This document shows, in pieces, positions 18,202 to 26,633 of a stretch of 64,000 bases of DNA. The DNA comes from Deltaproteobacteria bacterium (GTDB taxonomy: Bacteria > Desulfobacterota > Binatia > Binatales > Binataceae), in contig JAKAVN010000001.1 of NCBI GenBank assembly GCA_021827495.1, positions 9,954-73,953 on the forward strand, in the 5' to 3' direction. How positions within the stretch are numbered: the stretch's first letter is position 1; every line of letters begins with the position of its first letter. Position numbers and translations under genes: made by a program. The notes beneath the pieces are model-generated. The model did no database searches, was not told the DNA's origin, and was given only the letters and a program-made list of their open reading frames with translations.

Positions 18202-19704
18202 ATGAGCAAACCGCACCCGCCGGCGCTTAGGACAGCCGGCGAATTGAAGATCACCAACGGATCCGGAACCGCGAACGGACCAGCTATTTCCAAAGGGCCC
18301 GCGCCCGCCAATGGGGCTGTCACCGCGAGTGAACCGCGGCCTCCTGGCATGCCCGGCCTCCAGCCCAACATCACCACTGCGGTTCCCGGGCCAAAGTCGC
18401 GCGCGCTGTTCGCTGAGGAGCAGAGCCATATCGCGCCGGGCCGCCAGCGTATCTCGCTGCTCGCCAGCCTCGCCTTCGATCATGGCGAGGGCGCCACGCT
18501 GACTGACGTTGATGGCAACGTGTTCGTCGACTTCTTCGCCGGCGTCGGGGTCGCGAGCCTCGGCCACGCGCATCCGGCTCTCGTGCGGGCGCTCGCGCAC
18601 CAAGCCTCGCGGCTCATCGTGGGCACCTTCGCCACGCCCGAGCGCGCGGAGGCCTTCCGGCTGCTCGGCGAAGCCGCGCCCGCGGGCCTTGAGCGTGCGC
18701 ATCTGTACAGCGGCGGCGCGGAGGCGGTCGAGGCGGCGCTCAGGCTCGCGCGCTCGAAAACCAAGCGCCACGAGGTGCTGAGCTTCTGGGGCGGCTTCCA
18801 CGGCAAGACCGGCGGTGTGATTGGGCTCATCGGCGACGAATCCAAGCAGGGCTACGGCCCGTTGCCGGGCGGCCAGTACATGGTGCCGTACGCCGACTGC
18901 TACCGCTGCCCATTCAAAATGGAATATCCGCGGTGCGGGATGTACTGCGTCGATTTCGCGCGCCAGCAGCTCAAGCGCAGCTCCGCAGGCGCGCTTGCGG
19001 CCGTGGTGGCCGAGCCGATGCAGGGAACGGCGGGCAACGTGATTCCGCCCGACGATTATCTTCCCGCGGTCCAGCAAGTCGCGCGCGAGCACGGCGCAAT
19101 GCTCATCGCGGACGAAATGATCACCGGCTTCGGCCGCACCGGGCGCATGTGGGGAATCGAGCACAGCGGCGTCGCACCCGACATCATGACGGTCGGCAAG
19201 GGGATGGGCTCGGGCTTTCCGGTCTCCGGCGTGCTGCTCAGCGAGGAACTGGGACGGAGCGAGCCCTTTGGCAAACCCAGTGCGTCGTCGTCGAGCTACG
19301 GCGGTAATCCGCTGGCCGCAGTCGCGGTCGCCGAGACGCTGCGCACGATCAAGCGCGAAGGGCTGGTCGAAAATTCGGCCGCCGTCGGCGCGTTTTTGCT
19401 CGAGCGCCTGATGCGTCTGCGGGAGAAATACGAATTCGTCGGCGACGTGCGCGGCAAGGGGCTGCTGATCGGCGTCGACCTGGTGCGCGATCGCAAGAGC
19501 AGAGAGATGCTCGGCCGTTCGATAACCGAGGCCATCTTCAAGGAGGCGCTCAAGCGCGGCCTGTTGGTGATGGGTTATTTTCCGCGCATGCGGATCAATC
19601 CACCGCTGGTCATCACGCGCGAGCAGGCCGCGGCGGGTGCGGAAATTCTCGACGAGGTCTTCGCCCACGTCCGCGACCATCTCGACTGGCGCAACGCCCC
19701 GTAG
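18202..19704 (+). CDS. Class-III (omega/GSA-type) PLP-dependent aminotransferase with a ~70-aa low-complexity N-terminal extension
   Basis: GHAHPALV, the FWGGFHGKT glycine-rich region, DEMITGFGRTG, and the pyridoxal lysine in MTVGKGMGSG. Confidence 0.8.
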   Translation: MSKPHPPALRTAGELKITNGSGTANGPAISKGPAPANGAVTASEPRPPGMPGLQPNITTAVPGPKSRALFAEEQSHIAPGRQRISLLASLAFDHGEGATLTDVDGNVFVDFFAGVGVASLGHAHPALVRALAHQASRLIVGTFATPERAEAFRLLGEAAPAGLERAHLYSGGAEAVEAALRLARSKTKRHEVLSFWGGFHGKTGGVIGLIGDESKQGYGPLPGGQYMVPYADCYRCPFKMEYPRCGMYCVDFARQQLKRSSAGALAAVVAEPMQGTAGNVIPPDDYLPAVQQVAREHGAMLIADEMITGFGRTGRMWGIEHSGVAPDIMTVGKGMGSGFPVSGVLLSEELGRSEPFGKPSASSSSYGGNPLAAVAVAETLRTIKREGLVENSAAVGAFLLERLMRLREKYEFVGDVRGKGLLIGVDLVRDRKSREMLGRSITEAIFKEALKRGLLVMGYFPRMRINPPLVITREQAAAGAEILDEVFAHVRDHLDWRNAP

Positions 19705-19761
19705 GCCGGGCGAATAGAGCGGCGCGCCGCCGAAACGGGGGGCGCATGGAAAGAATCGGCA

Positions 19762-20238
19762 ATGGCTGGAGCTGGCGGAAATCGGGGACTGTTCTGCGAC
19801 TTGGCCGGCACGTTGGTGAAAATGGATGAGACCCGCCAGCTTGCGCTCGGCCCCGACGGAAGAATCGTAGTCGAGCTGCTGCCCGGTGTGGCCGAGAGGC
19901 TCCGCCCGATACGCGATCATCTAATCTTCGTCGTCACCAACCAGGCCGGGATAGCGCGCGGGCGGCTGCGCCTGGAACAGGTCGAAGCGGCGATCGCCGA
20001 GGTCGCCCACCAGCTCGGCGACATCCTGACTGGATGGCGGATTTGTCCGCACGACGACGCCGACCGATGCGCATGCCGCAAGCCCAGGGGCGGGATGCTG
20101 ACCGAGCTGGGCGCGGCCTACGGCGTGGATATGGCGGGATCGACCATGGTCGGTGATCAGGAAATCGACGCCGCGGCGGCGCGCGCGGCGGGCGTCGGCC
20201 GTTTCATCTGGGCGCACGACTTCTTCGGCTGGCAATGA
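19762..20238 (+). CDS. HAD-IIIA family hydrolase (GmhB / histidinol-phosphatase-like), motif I variant DLAGT
   Basis: LFCDLAGTL motif I, VVTNQ motif II and a CxH...CxCRKP zinc motif (CPHDDADRCACRKPRGGML) typical of GmhB-type enzymes. Confidence 0.65.
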   Translation: MAGAGGNRGLFCDLAGTLVKMDETRQLALGPDGRIVVELLPGVAERLRPIRDHLIFVVTNQAGIARGRLRLEQVEAAIAEVAHQLGDILTGWRICPHDDADRCACRKPRGGMLTELGAAYGVDMAGSTMVGDQEIDAAAARAAGVGRFIWAHDFFGWQ

Positions 20239-20451
20239 GCCGCGCTGGCGCAACGTGACACGCGCGACGCGGTTTCCGGCCGACGGTTTATCTTCGGCCT
20301 CGGCGCGGGATGGCTGCGCGAGGAGGCCAAGGTGCGCGGCGTCGGCTTTGCGCATCGGTGGGCGCAGACGGTTGAGTTCGCAGGCGCGATTGGCGAGCTG
20401 TGGCGCAAGCCTCAACGGGAATCGGCGCGGCTCGCCGCGCTGGCCGTGTAA
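20239..20451 (+). pseudogene. Remnant of a luciferase-like monooxygenase (LLM, F420/flavin-dependent oxidoreductase) gene
   Basis: In frame after the HAD stop with no start codon: ...RRFIFGLGAGWLREEAKVRGVGFAHRWAQTVEFAGAIGELWRKPQRESARLAALAV*. The FIFGLGAGW...EE...LW pattern matches the C-terminal third of LLM proteins, but the ORF ends ~80 aa early. Confidence 0.35.
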
Positions 20452-20504
20452 CACGGTTGCCGGCGGGTTTCGGCGTTCGCGCAGGATCGCCCTTTGATCG
20501 TACA

Positions 20505-21029
20505 ATGAGCTTCAAGCCTCGAGCCCAGGACATAATAGGCGCCGTTGCGCTGATGTTCGCCTCCATCCTGACGGGCCTGGTGCTCAATCACTTCAGCTCG
20601 AGTCCGCTGGCGCTCGCCTATCGGTCGCCCGAGCAGCGGCTTCAGACCGAGCTGGCGGAACTCGTCGCGGGGCCGCCGCTGCAGTCGTTTCCGGTCGCCA
20701 CGATCGGTCTCGATGAATTTCGCCGGATGGCCGAGGCCAAAACCGCCGTCATCTTCGACGCGCGCGCTTCCGTCTACTACCGGCAGGGCCATGTGCCGGG
20801 CGCGCTGAATCTGTCGCGCGAGGACTTTGGCCAGGACTACCTGCGCCTGCGGGCGGCGCTGGAGAAGGACAAGAACAGTCCGATCGTGGTCTACTGCTCG
20901 GGCGGAACCTGCCACGACAGCAAGATGGTCGCCCAGGCGTTGACCAGCCTGGGGTTCACGCGGGTGCGAATTTTTCCGGGGGGATGGGAGGCGTGGTCGG
21001 CGGCCGGGCTGCCGGCGCAGCGCGGCTGA
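20505..21029 (+). CDS. Membrane-anchored rhodanese-domain sulfurtransferase
   Basis: N-terminal TM (IIGAVALMFASILTGLVL) and the rhodanese active-site loop CSGGTCHDS. The start is placed at MSFKPRAQD. Confidence 0.7.
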   Translation: MSFKPRAQDIIGAVALMFASILTGLVLNHFSSSPLALAYRSPEQRLQTELAELVAGPPLQSFPVATIGLDEFRRMAEAKTAVIFDARASVYYRQGHVPGALNLSREDFGQDYLRLRAALEKDKNSPIVVYCSGGTCHDSKMVAQALTSLGFTRVRIFPGGWEAWSAAGLPAQRG

Positions 21030-21033
21030 AGCG

Positions 21034-21498
21034 ATGAGTGCCGGTTCAATCCTGGAGCGGCGTTGGCTTCAACTGGGCCTCGGGCTGATTGTCGGAGGCG
21101 CGTTCGTCTATGCCGGCTGGGTCGGTTTCTCGGACGCGCGGCAACTCGCCGACAGCGTCGCATCGCTCCGCATCCTGCCCACGAGGCTGGTCGATCCATT
21201 TGCGCTCAGCCTGCCGATGTTCGAGATCCTCGCGGGAGTGTTGACGGTCGCGGGGCCGCTGCGGCGCTCGGCCGCGCTCGGCCTGGGTGTTATGACGGTG
21301 ATCTTCTGCGCCGCCATCGCGTCGGCGCTGGCGCGCGGGCTCGTCATCGACTGCGGATGCTTCGGTGCGAACATCCCGTCGCGCGCGCGGATGTGGCTCG
21401 ACTTGGGCCGTGACGTGCTGCTCCTGATGGGCGTGCTGATCGTCTACCGGCCATCGGGCAATCACTGGCCCGGCGTGCCGCGTGATCCGCGACAATGA
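21034..21498 (+). CDS. MauE/DoxX-family membrane protein
   Basis: Four TMs and the conserved DCGCFG motif. It is adjacent to the rhodanese gene. Confidence 0.65.
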   Translation: MSAGSILERRWLQLGLGLIVGGAFVYAGWVGFSDARQLADSVASLRILPTRLVDPFALSLPMFEILAGVLTVAGPLRRSAALGLGVMTVIFCAAIASALARGLVIDCGCFGANIPSRARMWLDLGRDVLLLMGVLIVYRPSGNHWPGVPRDPRQ

Positions 21499-22133
21499 CG
21501 GGCGGAACCTGACTGGAAGCCGGCAGTAAGGGCTGCGCGGCTGGCAGGGCTCGGATGAAGCTGGCGATGAAGACGGGCGACAAGCGAGGCGACCATGCCC
21601 GATGCTGCCTACGCCAGCTATTTCACGCCGCCGCCGAGCGAACTGGTCACTGTCAGCACCATCCGGAAGTTCGCGGACACGACCGGCGCGCCGGCCGCTT
21701 GGCAACGGCAATCCAACGGTGGAGCGCGGCCACTATTTCGATGCGCCGGGGCAACGCGGCAGATAGTTCCCGGACTCAACGCAGGGATCGATTCGTACTA
21801 CAAAAAGGCGCGCGACTTGATCGACGAGGGCCAGTTCGGGCCGGCGCTTCGCCCGCAGGGGATGCGGCGTGGTTGCGCCCGGTAGCCAATGCCTGCTCCA
21901 GCCCGGCCGAGCGAGAAATACAGGGGCGTTTGCTTAGCGGAACTTTTCTGATTTACTGGATACCCGGACTATCGCCGGGATTGAGTGGGGCGTGAAATGG
22001 CGGACCCGCCGGGAAAGCCGGTTCGCGATGCACGCCCTTGAATTTAAGCCATCCGCCATCGTCTTAAACTCATAATCTTGCTGTGTACGACCGGGCGGAA
22101 ATATGAACCCTGGCATCTCCAGGAGGAGACTGA

Positions 22134-23744
22134 ATGGTTAAGAAGATCGCCGCGGTATCCTGCGGCGTACTCTTGGGTATCGTAATCGCCTTCGCGCGTG
22201 CCGGGGCCTTTCCGTTCTGGAGTTCCAGCGCGCAGCAGGAGCAGTCCAAGCCCCGGCCAGTTCCTCCCGAAAGGACCGCCCAGGCGGCGCCAAATCACCA
22301 GCCGGCGCCGGCCAACCAGCCCGAACCCAACGAAATCAGCATTCCAATCCATTCCTTCGCGCCGTTGGTCAAGCGGGTGATGCCGTCGGTGGTCAACGTG
22401 AGCGTGGTGCAGGAAGTCAAGAGCGGAATGCCGTTCGGCGGATCCGGCGATCAGGGTGGCCCAGGTGACTCGCCTGAGGGACCGGAGGGACCCGGAGGGC
22501 CGGGCGATCAGGGCCCGAACGGGCCGTTTGGCCAGCAGCAGAACCCGTTCGATCAGTTCCGCCGCTTCTTCGGCCAGATTCCCCATCAATACAAGCAGCA
22601 CGGGCTTGGCTCGGGCGTGATCGTCTCGCCCGACGGCTACATCCTCACCAACTATCACGTGGTCGGACACGCCGACGAGATTCACGTGCGGCTGCTCGAC
22701 AAGCGCGAGTTCACCGCCAAGGTCGTCGGCAAGGATGCCAAGACCGACCTTGCGCTGATCAAGATCAAGATTGACACCAAGCAGCCGCTCCCGGTGGCAA
22801 CGCTGGGCGATTCCAACGCGGCGGAGGTCGGCGACTGGGTAGTCGCGATCGGCAGCCCGTTCGGCTTCAACTCGACCGTCACCGCCGGGATCATCAGCGC
22901 CAAGGGGCGCGCGCTCGGCGGCAACTACGACGATTTCATCCAGACTGACGCATCGATCAACCCCGGCAACTCGGGGGGGCCGTTGTTCAACACCAAGGGC
23001 CAGGTGATCGGCATCAATACGGCCATCTACAGCAGCACCGGCAGCAACGCCGGCATCGGCTTCGCGATTCCGATCGACATCGCCAAGCAGGTGATGGAGC
23101 AGCTCAAGGAGCACGGCAAGGTAGTGCGCGGATGGCTGGGAGTCGAGATCCAGGAAGTCACGCCTGACCTCGCCCAATCCTTCAACCTGCCCAAGCCCGA
23201 GGGCGCGCTGGTGGCCAACGTCGAGAAGGACGGCCCGGCGCTGAAGGCCGGCATTTTGCGCGGCGACATCGTCATGAAGTTCAACGGCACGCCGGTGCAG
23301 GACGAGCATCAGCTCCCCGAACTCGTTGCGCAGACGCCGATCGGCCAGACCGTGCCGATCGAAGTGATCCGCAACGGCAAGCGCCTCACGCTCCAGGCCA
23401 AGGTCGGCGAGCTCAAGGACGAGCAGCTCGCCAGCGCCAAGGGCGAGGCGCCGGGCTCCAACTGGGGCCTCCAAGTGCAGTCCATCACGCCCGAAATTGC
23501 CAACCAGCTCAACCTCAACAGCACCAAGGGCGTCGTGGTCCGCGGCGTGCAACCCGACAGCGCGGCGGCTGACGCGGGAATTCAGCAGGGCGACGTGGTG
23601 CTCGAGGTCAACCATGCGAAGGTCAACACGGTGGGCGATTTCCTGTCGGCCGCCAAGCAGGCCAAGAAGGACAAGAAGTCGGCCCTGCTCCTGGTGCAGC
23701 GCGGCAACGCCACGATGTACACGGTTATCAAACCGCAGGGTTGA
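22134..23744 (+). CDS. degP: Periplasmic serine endoprotease DegP/HtrA (Do family) with two PDZ domains
   Basis: Signal peptide, catalytic triad context (HVVGHAD, DLALIKI, GNSGGPL), two PDZ segments and an AGGAGGAG RBS. Confidence 0.9.
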   Translation: MVKKIAAVSCGVLLGIVIAFARAGAFPFWSSSAQQEQSKPRPVPPERTAQAAPNHQPAPANQPEPNEISIPIHSFAPLVKRVMPSVVNVSVVQEVKSGMPFGGSGDQGGPGDSPEGPEGPGGPGDQGPNGPFGQQQNPFDQFRRFFGQIPHQYKQHGLGSGVIVSPDGYILTNYHVVGHADEIHVRLLDKREFTAKVVGKDAKTDLALIKIKIDTKQPLPVATLGDSNAAEVGDWVVAIGSPFGFNSTVTAGIISAKGRALGGNYDDFIQTDASINPGNSGGPLFNTKGQVIGINTAIYSSTGSNAGIGFAIPIDIAKQVMEQLKEHGKVVRGWLGVEIQEVTPDLAQSFNLPKPEGALVANVEKDGPALKAGILRGDIVMKFNGTPVQDEHQLPELVAQTPIGQTVPIEVIRNGKRLTLQAKVGELKDEQLASAKGEAPGSNWGLQVQSITPEIANQLNLNSTKGVVVRGVQPDSAAADAGIQQGDVVLEVNHAKVNTVGDFLSAAKQAKKDKKSALLLVQRGNATMYTVIKPQG

Positions 23745-23977
23745 GCCACGGCACCGGCAGCCTTGCGCGGCAAGCACGCGGCGGGCGGGTATCCCTCAAA
23801 CGGGGGGAGCCGCCCGCCGCGTGTCGTTTATGGCCCGGGGCGGCGGCCGGGGAGGCGGTTCTATTTGGCGTCGTGGTGCGATAGGATTTCGGCGCAACGC
23901 TTTCTCACGGGCAAGGTATCCGGCGCGCGGCGGCGGATGGAGTGGATGCGGGGCCTGACGGTTCGCGCGGGGTTTCG

Positions 23978-24244
23978 ATGGCAAAGCGGCGGCGGCGGCG
24001 CGGCAAACGCAAGCGTCCCAGCCTGATTCTGATCGCGGCGCTGATGGTGCTCGCGGCCGGCTTCATTACGCGGCGCGTGCTGGCGCCGCGTGCGATGCGT
24101 TTCCTGACGCATCGCTCCGCGCCAGCGCCGGAGCATACAGCGATCGGCCAACCGCAGCCGGCCGCGCGCGGCGCGGGCGAAAATCTGACCGATTCCGACC
24201 GCCGCGCGCTCGATGAGGTCGTGCGGCAAAGGAGCGGCAGGTAG
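23978..24244 (+). CDS. Hypothetical small membrane-anchored protein
   Basis: MAKRRRRRGKRKRPSLILIAALMVLAAGFI: a poly-Arg N-terminus plus one TM. Its stop abuts the next gene. Confidence 0.35.
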   Translation: MAKRRRRRGKRKRPSLILIAALMVLAAGFITRRVLAPRAMRFLTHRSAPAPEHTAIGQPQPAARGAGENLTDSDRRALDEVVRQRSGR

Positions 24245-24254
24245 GCGGACTCAG

Positions 24255-25091
24255 ATGGCATCGTGGCTTCAGCTCAGCGACGACGTCGGCCTCAAGGTCG
24301 AACTGGAGCGCCCGCCGGCGCGGGTCGTCTCGCTGGTGCCGAGCTGGACGCAGACCCTGTTTGCGCTCGGCGCGGGCGAGATGGTCGTCGGGGCGACGCG
24401 CTTTTGCGTCGAGCCACCACAGGCGCTCGCCGCCGTCCCCAAGGTCGGCGGCACCAAAAACCCCAGCTTGCGCGAGATTGCGAAGCTGAAGCCCGATCTC
24501 GTGATCGCCAACGCCGAGGAAAACCGCCGTGAGGACATCGAGCGCCTGCGCGGGCAGGCTATTCCGGTGTTCACGACTTACCCGCGTACCGTGCCGGGCG
24601 CGGTCGAGTCGATCCTGCGGATCGGCCGCGCGATCGATCGCGAGCCGCAGGCGGCCGCGCTCGCGCGCGAAATCACGCTCTCGGTGAGCGGAATCGAAGC
24701 CGGGCTCGGGGTCTGGAGCAAGCTGCGGCTGCGGGTCTTCTGCCCGGTCTGGAAAAAGCCCTGGATGACCTTCAACGGCGATACCTACGCCCATGACGTG
24801 CTGCGCATGATGGGCTTTAACAACGTCTATGCCGCGGCGGGCGAGCGCTACCCGCGCACCACGATCGAAGAAGCGATTGAGCATCGCCCCGATATCGTAC
24901 TGCTGCCTGACGAGCCCTACGAATTCGACCAGTGCGACGTCGAAGAGATTAAGGCGATGCTGCCGCCGGCGCTGGGCCGCCGCGTGCTGCTGGTCAGCGG
25001 CCGCGACCTGCACTGGTACGGCGTTCACATGGTCGAAGGGTTGCGCGCGCTCAACGAGCGGCTCTCAAGGCTGCGGGCGGCGGTGATCTGA
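24255..25091 (+). CDS. Cobalamin/iron-siderophore-type (BtuF/TroA-like) substrate-binding protein, apparently without a signal peptide
   Basis: VVSLVPSWTQTLFALGAGEMVVG and LKPDLVIANAEE motifs of helical-backbone binding proteins. The N-terminus MASWLQLSDD is not signal-like. Confidence 0.6.
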   Translation: MASWLQLSDDVGLKVELERPPARVVSLVPSWTQTLFALGAGEMVVGATRFCVEPPQALAAVPKVGGTKNPSLREIAKLKPDLVIANAEENRREDIERLRGQAIPVFTTYPRTVPGAVESILRIGRAIDREPQAAALAREITLSVSGIEAGLGVWSKLRLRVFCPVWKKPWMTFNGDTYAHDVLRMMGFNNVYAAAGERYPRTTIEEAIEHRPDIVLLPDEPYEFDQCDVEEIKAMLPPALGRRVLLVSGRDLHWYGVHMVEGLRALNERLSRLRAAVI

Positions 25092-25281
25092 GCTCCGCCG
25101 GGCGGTTGCGGGCCGCGGCGCCGAGGCGACCCGTCCGGGGGCGTTTGCACGCGGGGACGCAAACGATTTAAAGAAAGTACGTCATCCATTATTGGAATAA
25201 CCCGCGCCGTGGAGCCGGCGCCGCGCGCGGAGCGGGCAAATTGCGCGGACGCCGCTGAAAAAAAGGAGAGACTGCAAGTTC

Positions 25282-26487
25282 ATGGCTTCAATCGCACCGC
25301 TTAGCGGGATCAAAGTTGTCGATCTCACCAAGCTCGCTCCCGGACCGCATTGCACAATGATCCTTGGCGACCTTGGCGCCGACATCATCAAGGTCGAGGA
25401 ACCCGGCGCGCCCACCGGCCGGCGCGCCGAGCAGGCCGCCGCCGCGGGCAAGACGCAGCGGCGCGGAACCGGGCTGGGCCTGCACAACGCGCTTGGGCGT
25501 AACAAGAAATCGATCGGACTTAATCTCAAGAGCGGGCCGGGACGCGAAATTTTCTTGCGCATGACGCAGCGCGCCGACGTGGTGGTCGAGGAGTTCCGCC
25601 CCGGCGTCGCCAAGCGGCTGGGGATCGACTACCCGATGCTGTCGGCGCGCAATCCGCGGCTGGTGTATTGCGCGGTGACTGGCTTCGGCCAGACCGGACC
25701 GTACCGCGACTACGTCGGTCACGACCTCAACTACATAGCGCAGGGCGGCGCGCTCTCGATGATTGGGCGCAAGGACCAGCCGCCGACGATTCCGCAGAAC
25801 CTGCTCGCCGATTACGCGGGCGGCGGCATGCATGCGGCGATCGGAGTGCTCGCCGCACTGCTCGCGCGCCATCAGACCGGCCGCGGACAGTACGTGGATA
25901 TCGCGATGCTGGACGGGACGATGCTGCTGATCGCGCAGGCGCTCTCGAACCACTTCGGCAAGGGCTGGATTCCCCGCCGCGGCGCAACCACGCTCGACGG
26001 CTCGGCACCCTACTACAACCTGTACCTGACCAAGGACGAGAAATATATCACGATCGGCTCCGTGGAGCCGTGGTTCTACGCCAACCTGTGCCGCGCGCTC
26101 GGCGCCGAGGAATACATCCAGGACGAGTACAACAGCGCCCGCTTCGACGAGATCAAGGCGCGCTTCGCCGAAATCTTCAAGACCAAGACGCGCGAGGAGT
26201 GGTGGGAGATACTTACGCGCAACGACATCTGCGTGGGCCGGATGCTGACGCTCGACGAACTTGAGCACGACCCGCAAATCCGCGCGCGCAACATGATCGT
26301 CGAGGTCGAGGCGCCAACCGGCGAGAAGGTCAAGCAGGTCGGCATTTCGGTCAAGCTCTCCGAGACGCCCGGCTCGATCCGCTCGCTGGCGCCCAGGCTC
26401 GGCCAGCATACCGATGAAATCCTGGCCGATTTGGGCTACGGCCAGCACGACATCGAGCGCTGGCGCTCCGAAGGCGCGATCCGGTAG
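25282..26487 (+). CDS. CoA-transferase family III (CaiB/BaiF) protein
   Basis: GIKVVDLT...[20 protein letters not shown]-terminus and a conserved Asp-containing core (VVEEFRPG). It carries an unusual ~45-aa Arg/Ala/Gly-rich insertion after IKVEEPG. Confidence 0.8.
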   Translation: MASIAPLSGIKVVDLTKLAPGPHCTMILGDLGADIIKVEEPGAPTGRRAEQAAAAGKTQRRGTGLGLHNALGRNKKSIGLNLKSGPGREIFLRMTQRADVVVEEFRPGVAKRLGIDYPMLSARNPRLVYCAVTGFGQTGPYRDYVGHDLNYIAQGGALSMIGRKDQPPTIPQNLLADYAGGGMHAAIGVLAALLARHQTGRGQYVDIAMLDGTMLLIAQALSNHFGKGWIPRRGATTLDGSAPYYNLYLTKDEKYITIGSVEPWFYANLCRALGAEEYIQDEYNSARFDEIKARFAEIFKTKTREEWWEILTRNDICVGRMLTLDELEHDPQIRARNMIVEVEAPTGEKVKQVGISVKLSETPGSIRSLAPRLGQHTDEILADLGYGQHDIERWRSEGAIR

Positions 26488-26633
26488 GCGAACCCCCGGT
26501 AGGCGAACCATAGACTGGAGCATAAGCTGGCCGGTGCATCGGCCGACGCTCATGTGCGGAGTGCCGGCGCTTTGCGGACGCGGAGTTGGCCCGCTGGCGC
26601 GGACTGGCTGGTTAAGGGTCGAGGAAAGTGGCG

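Noticed and set aside
18166-19920. 584-aa minus-strand ORF over the class-III aminotransferase
   Set aside because: Antisense shadow ORF. The plus-strand product has complete PLP-aminotransferase motifs.
21595-21885. 96-aa plus-strand ORF in the MauE-degP intergenic region
   Set aside because: It has no RBS or domain and atypical composition. It is more likely a non-coding promoter or leader region of degP.
21939-21951. GGAACTT followed by TCTGA upstream of degP (sigma-E-like promoter?)
   Set aside because: The -35-like and -10-like hexamers are only 1 nt apart instead of ~16. This is not a functional sigma-E promoter geometry. A regulatory role is not excluded but is unsupported.
22044-23777. 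577-aa minus-strand ORF over degP
   Set aside because: It is antisense to a canonical DegP with catalytic triad and PDZ domains. Its own translation has no motifs.
23788-23830. Hairpin GCGGCGGGCGG-N21-CCGCCCGCCGC after degP as an intrinsic terminator
   Set aside because: An 11-bp GC stem is present but no U-tract follows. It is possibly a Rho-dependent or structural element and is not called as a terminator.
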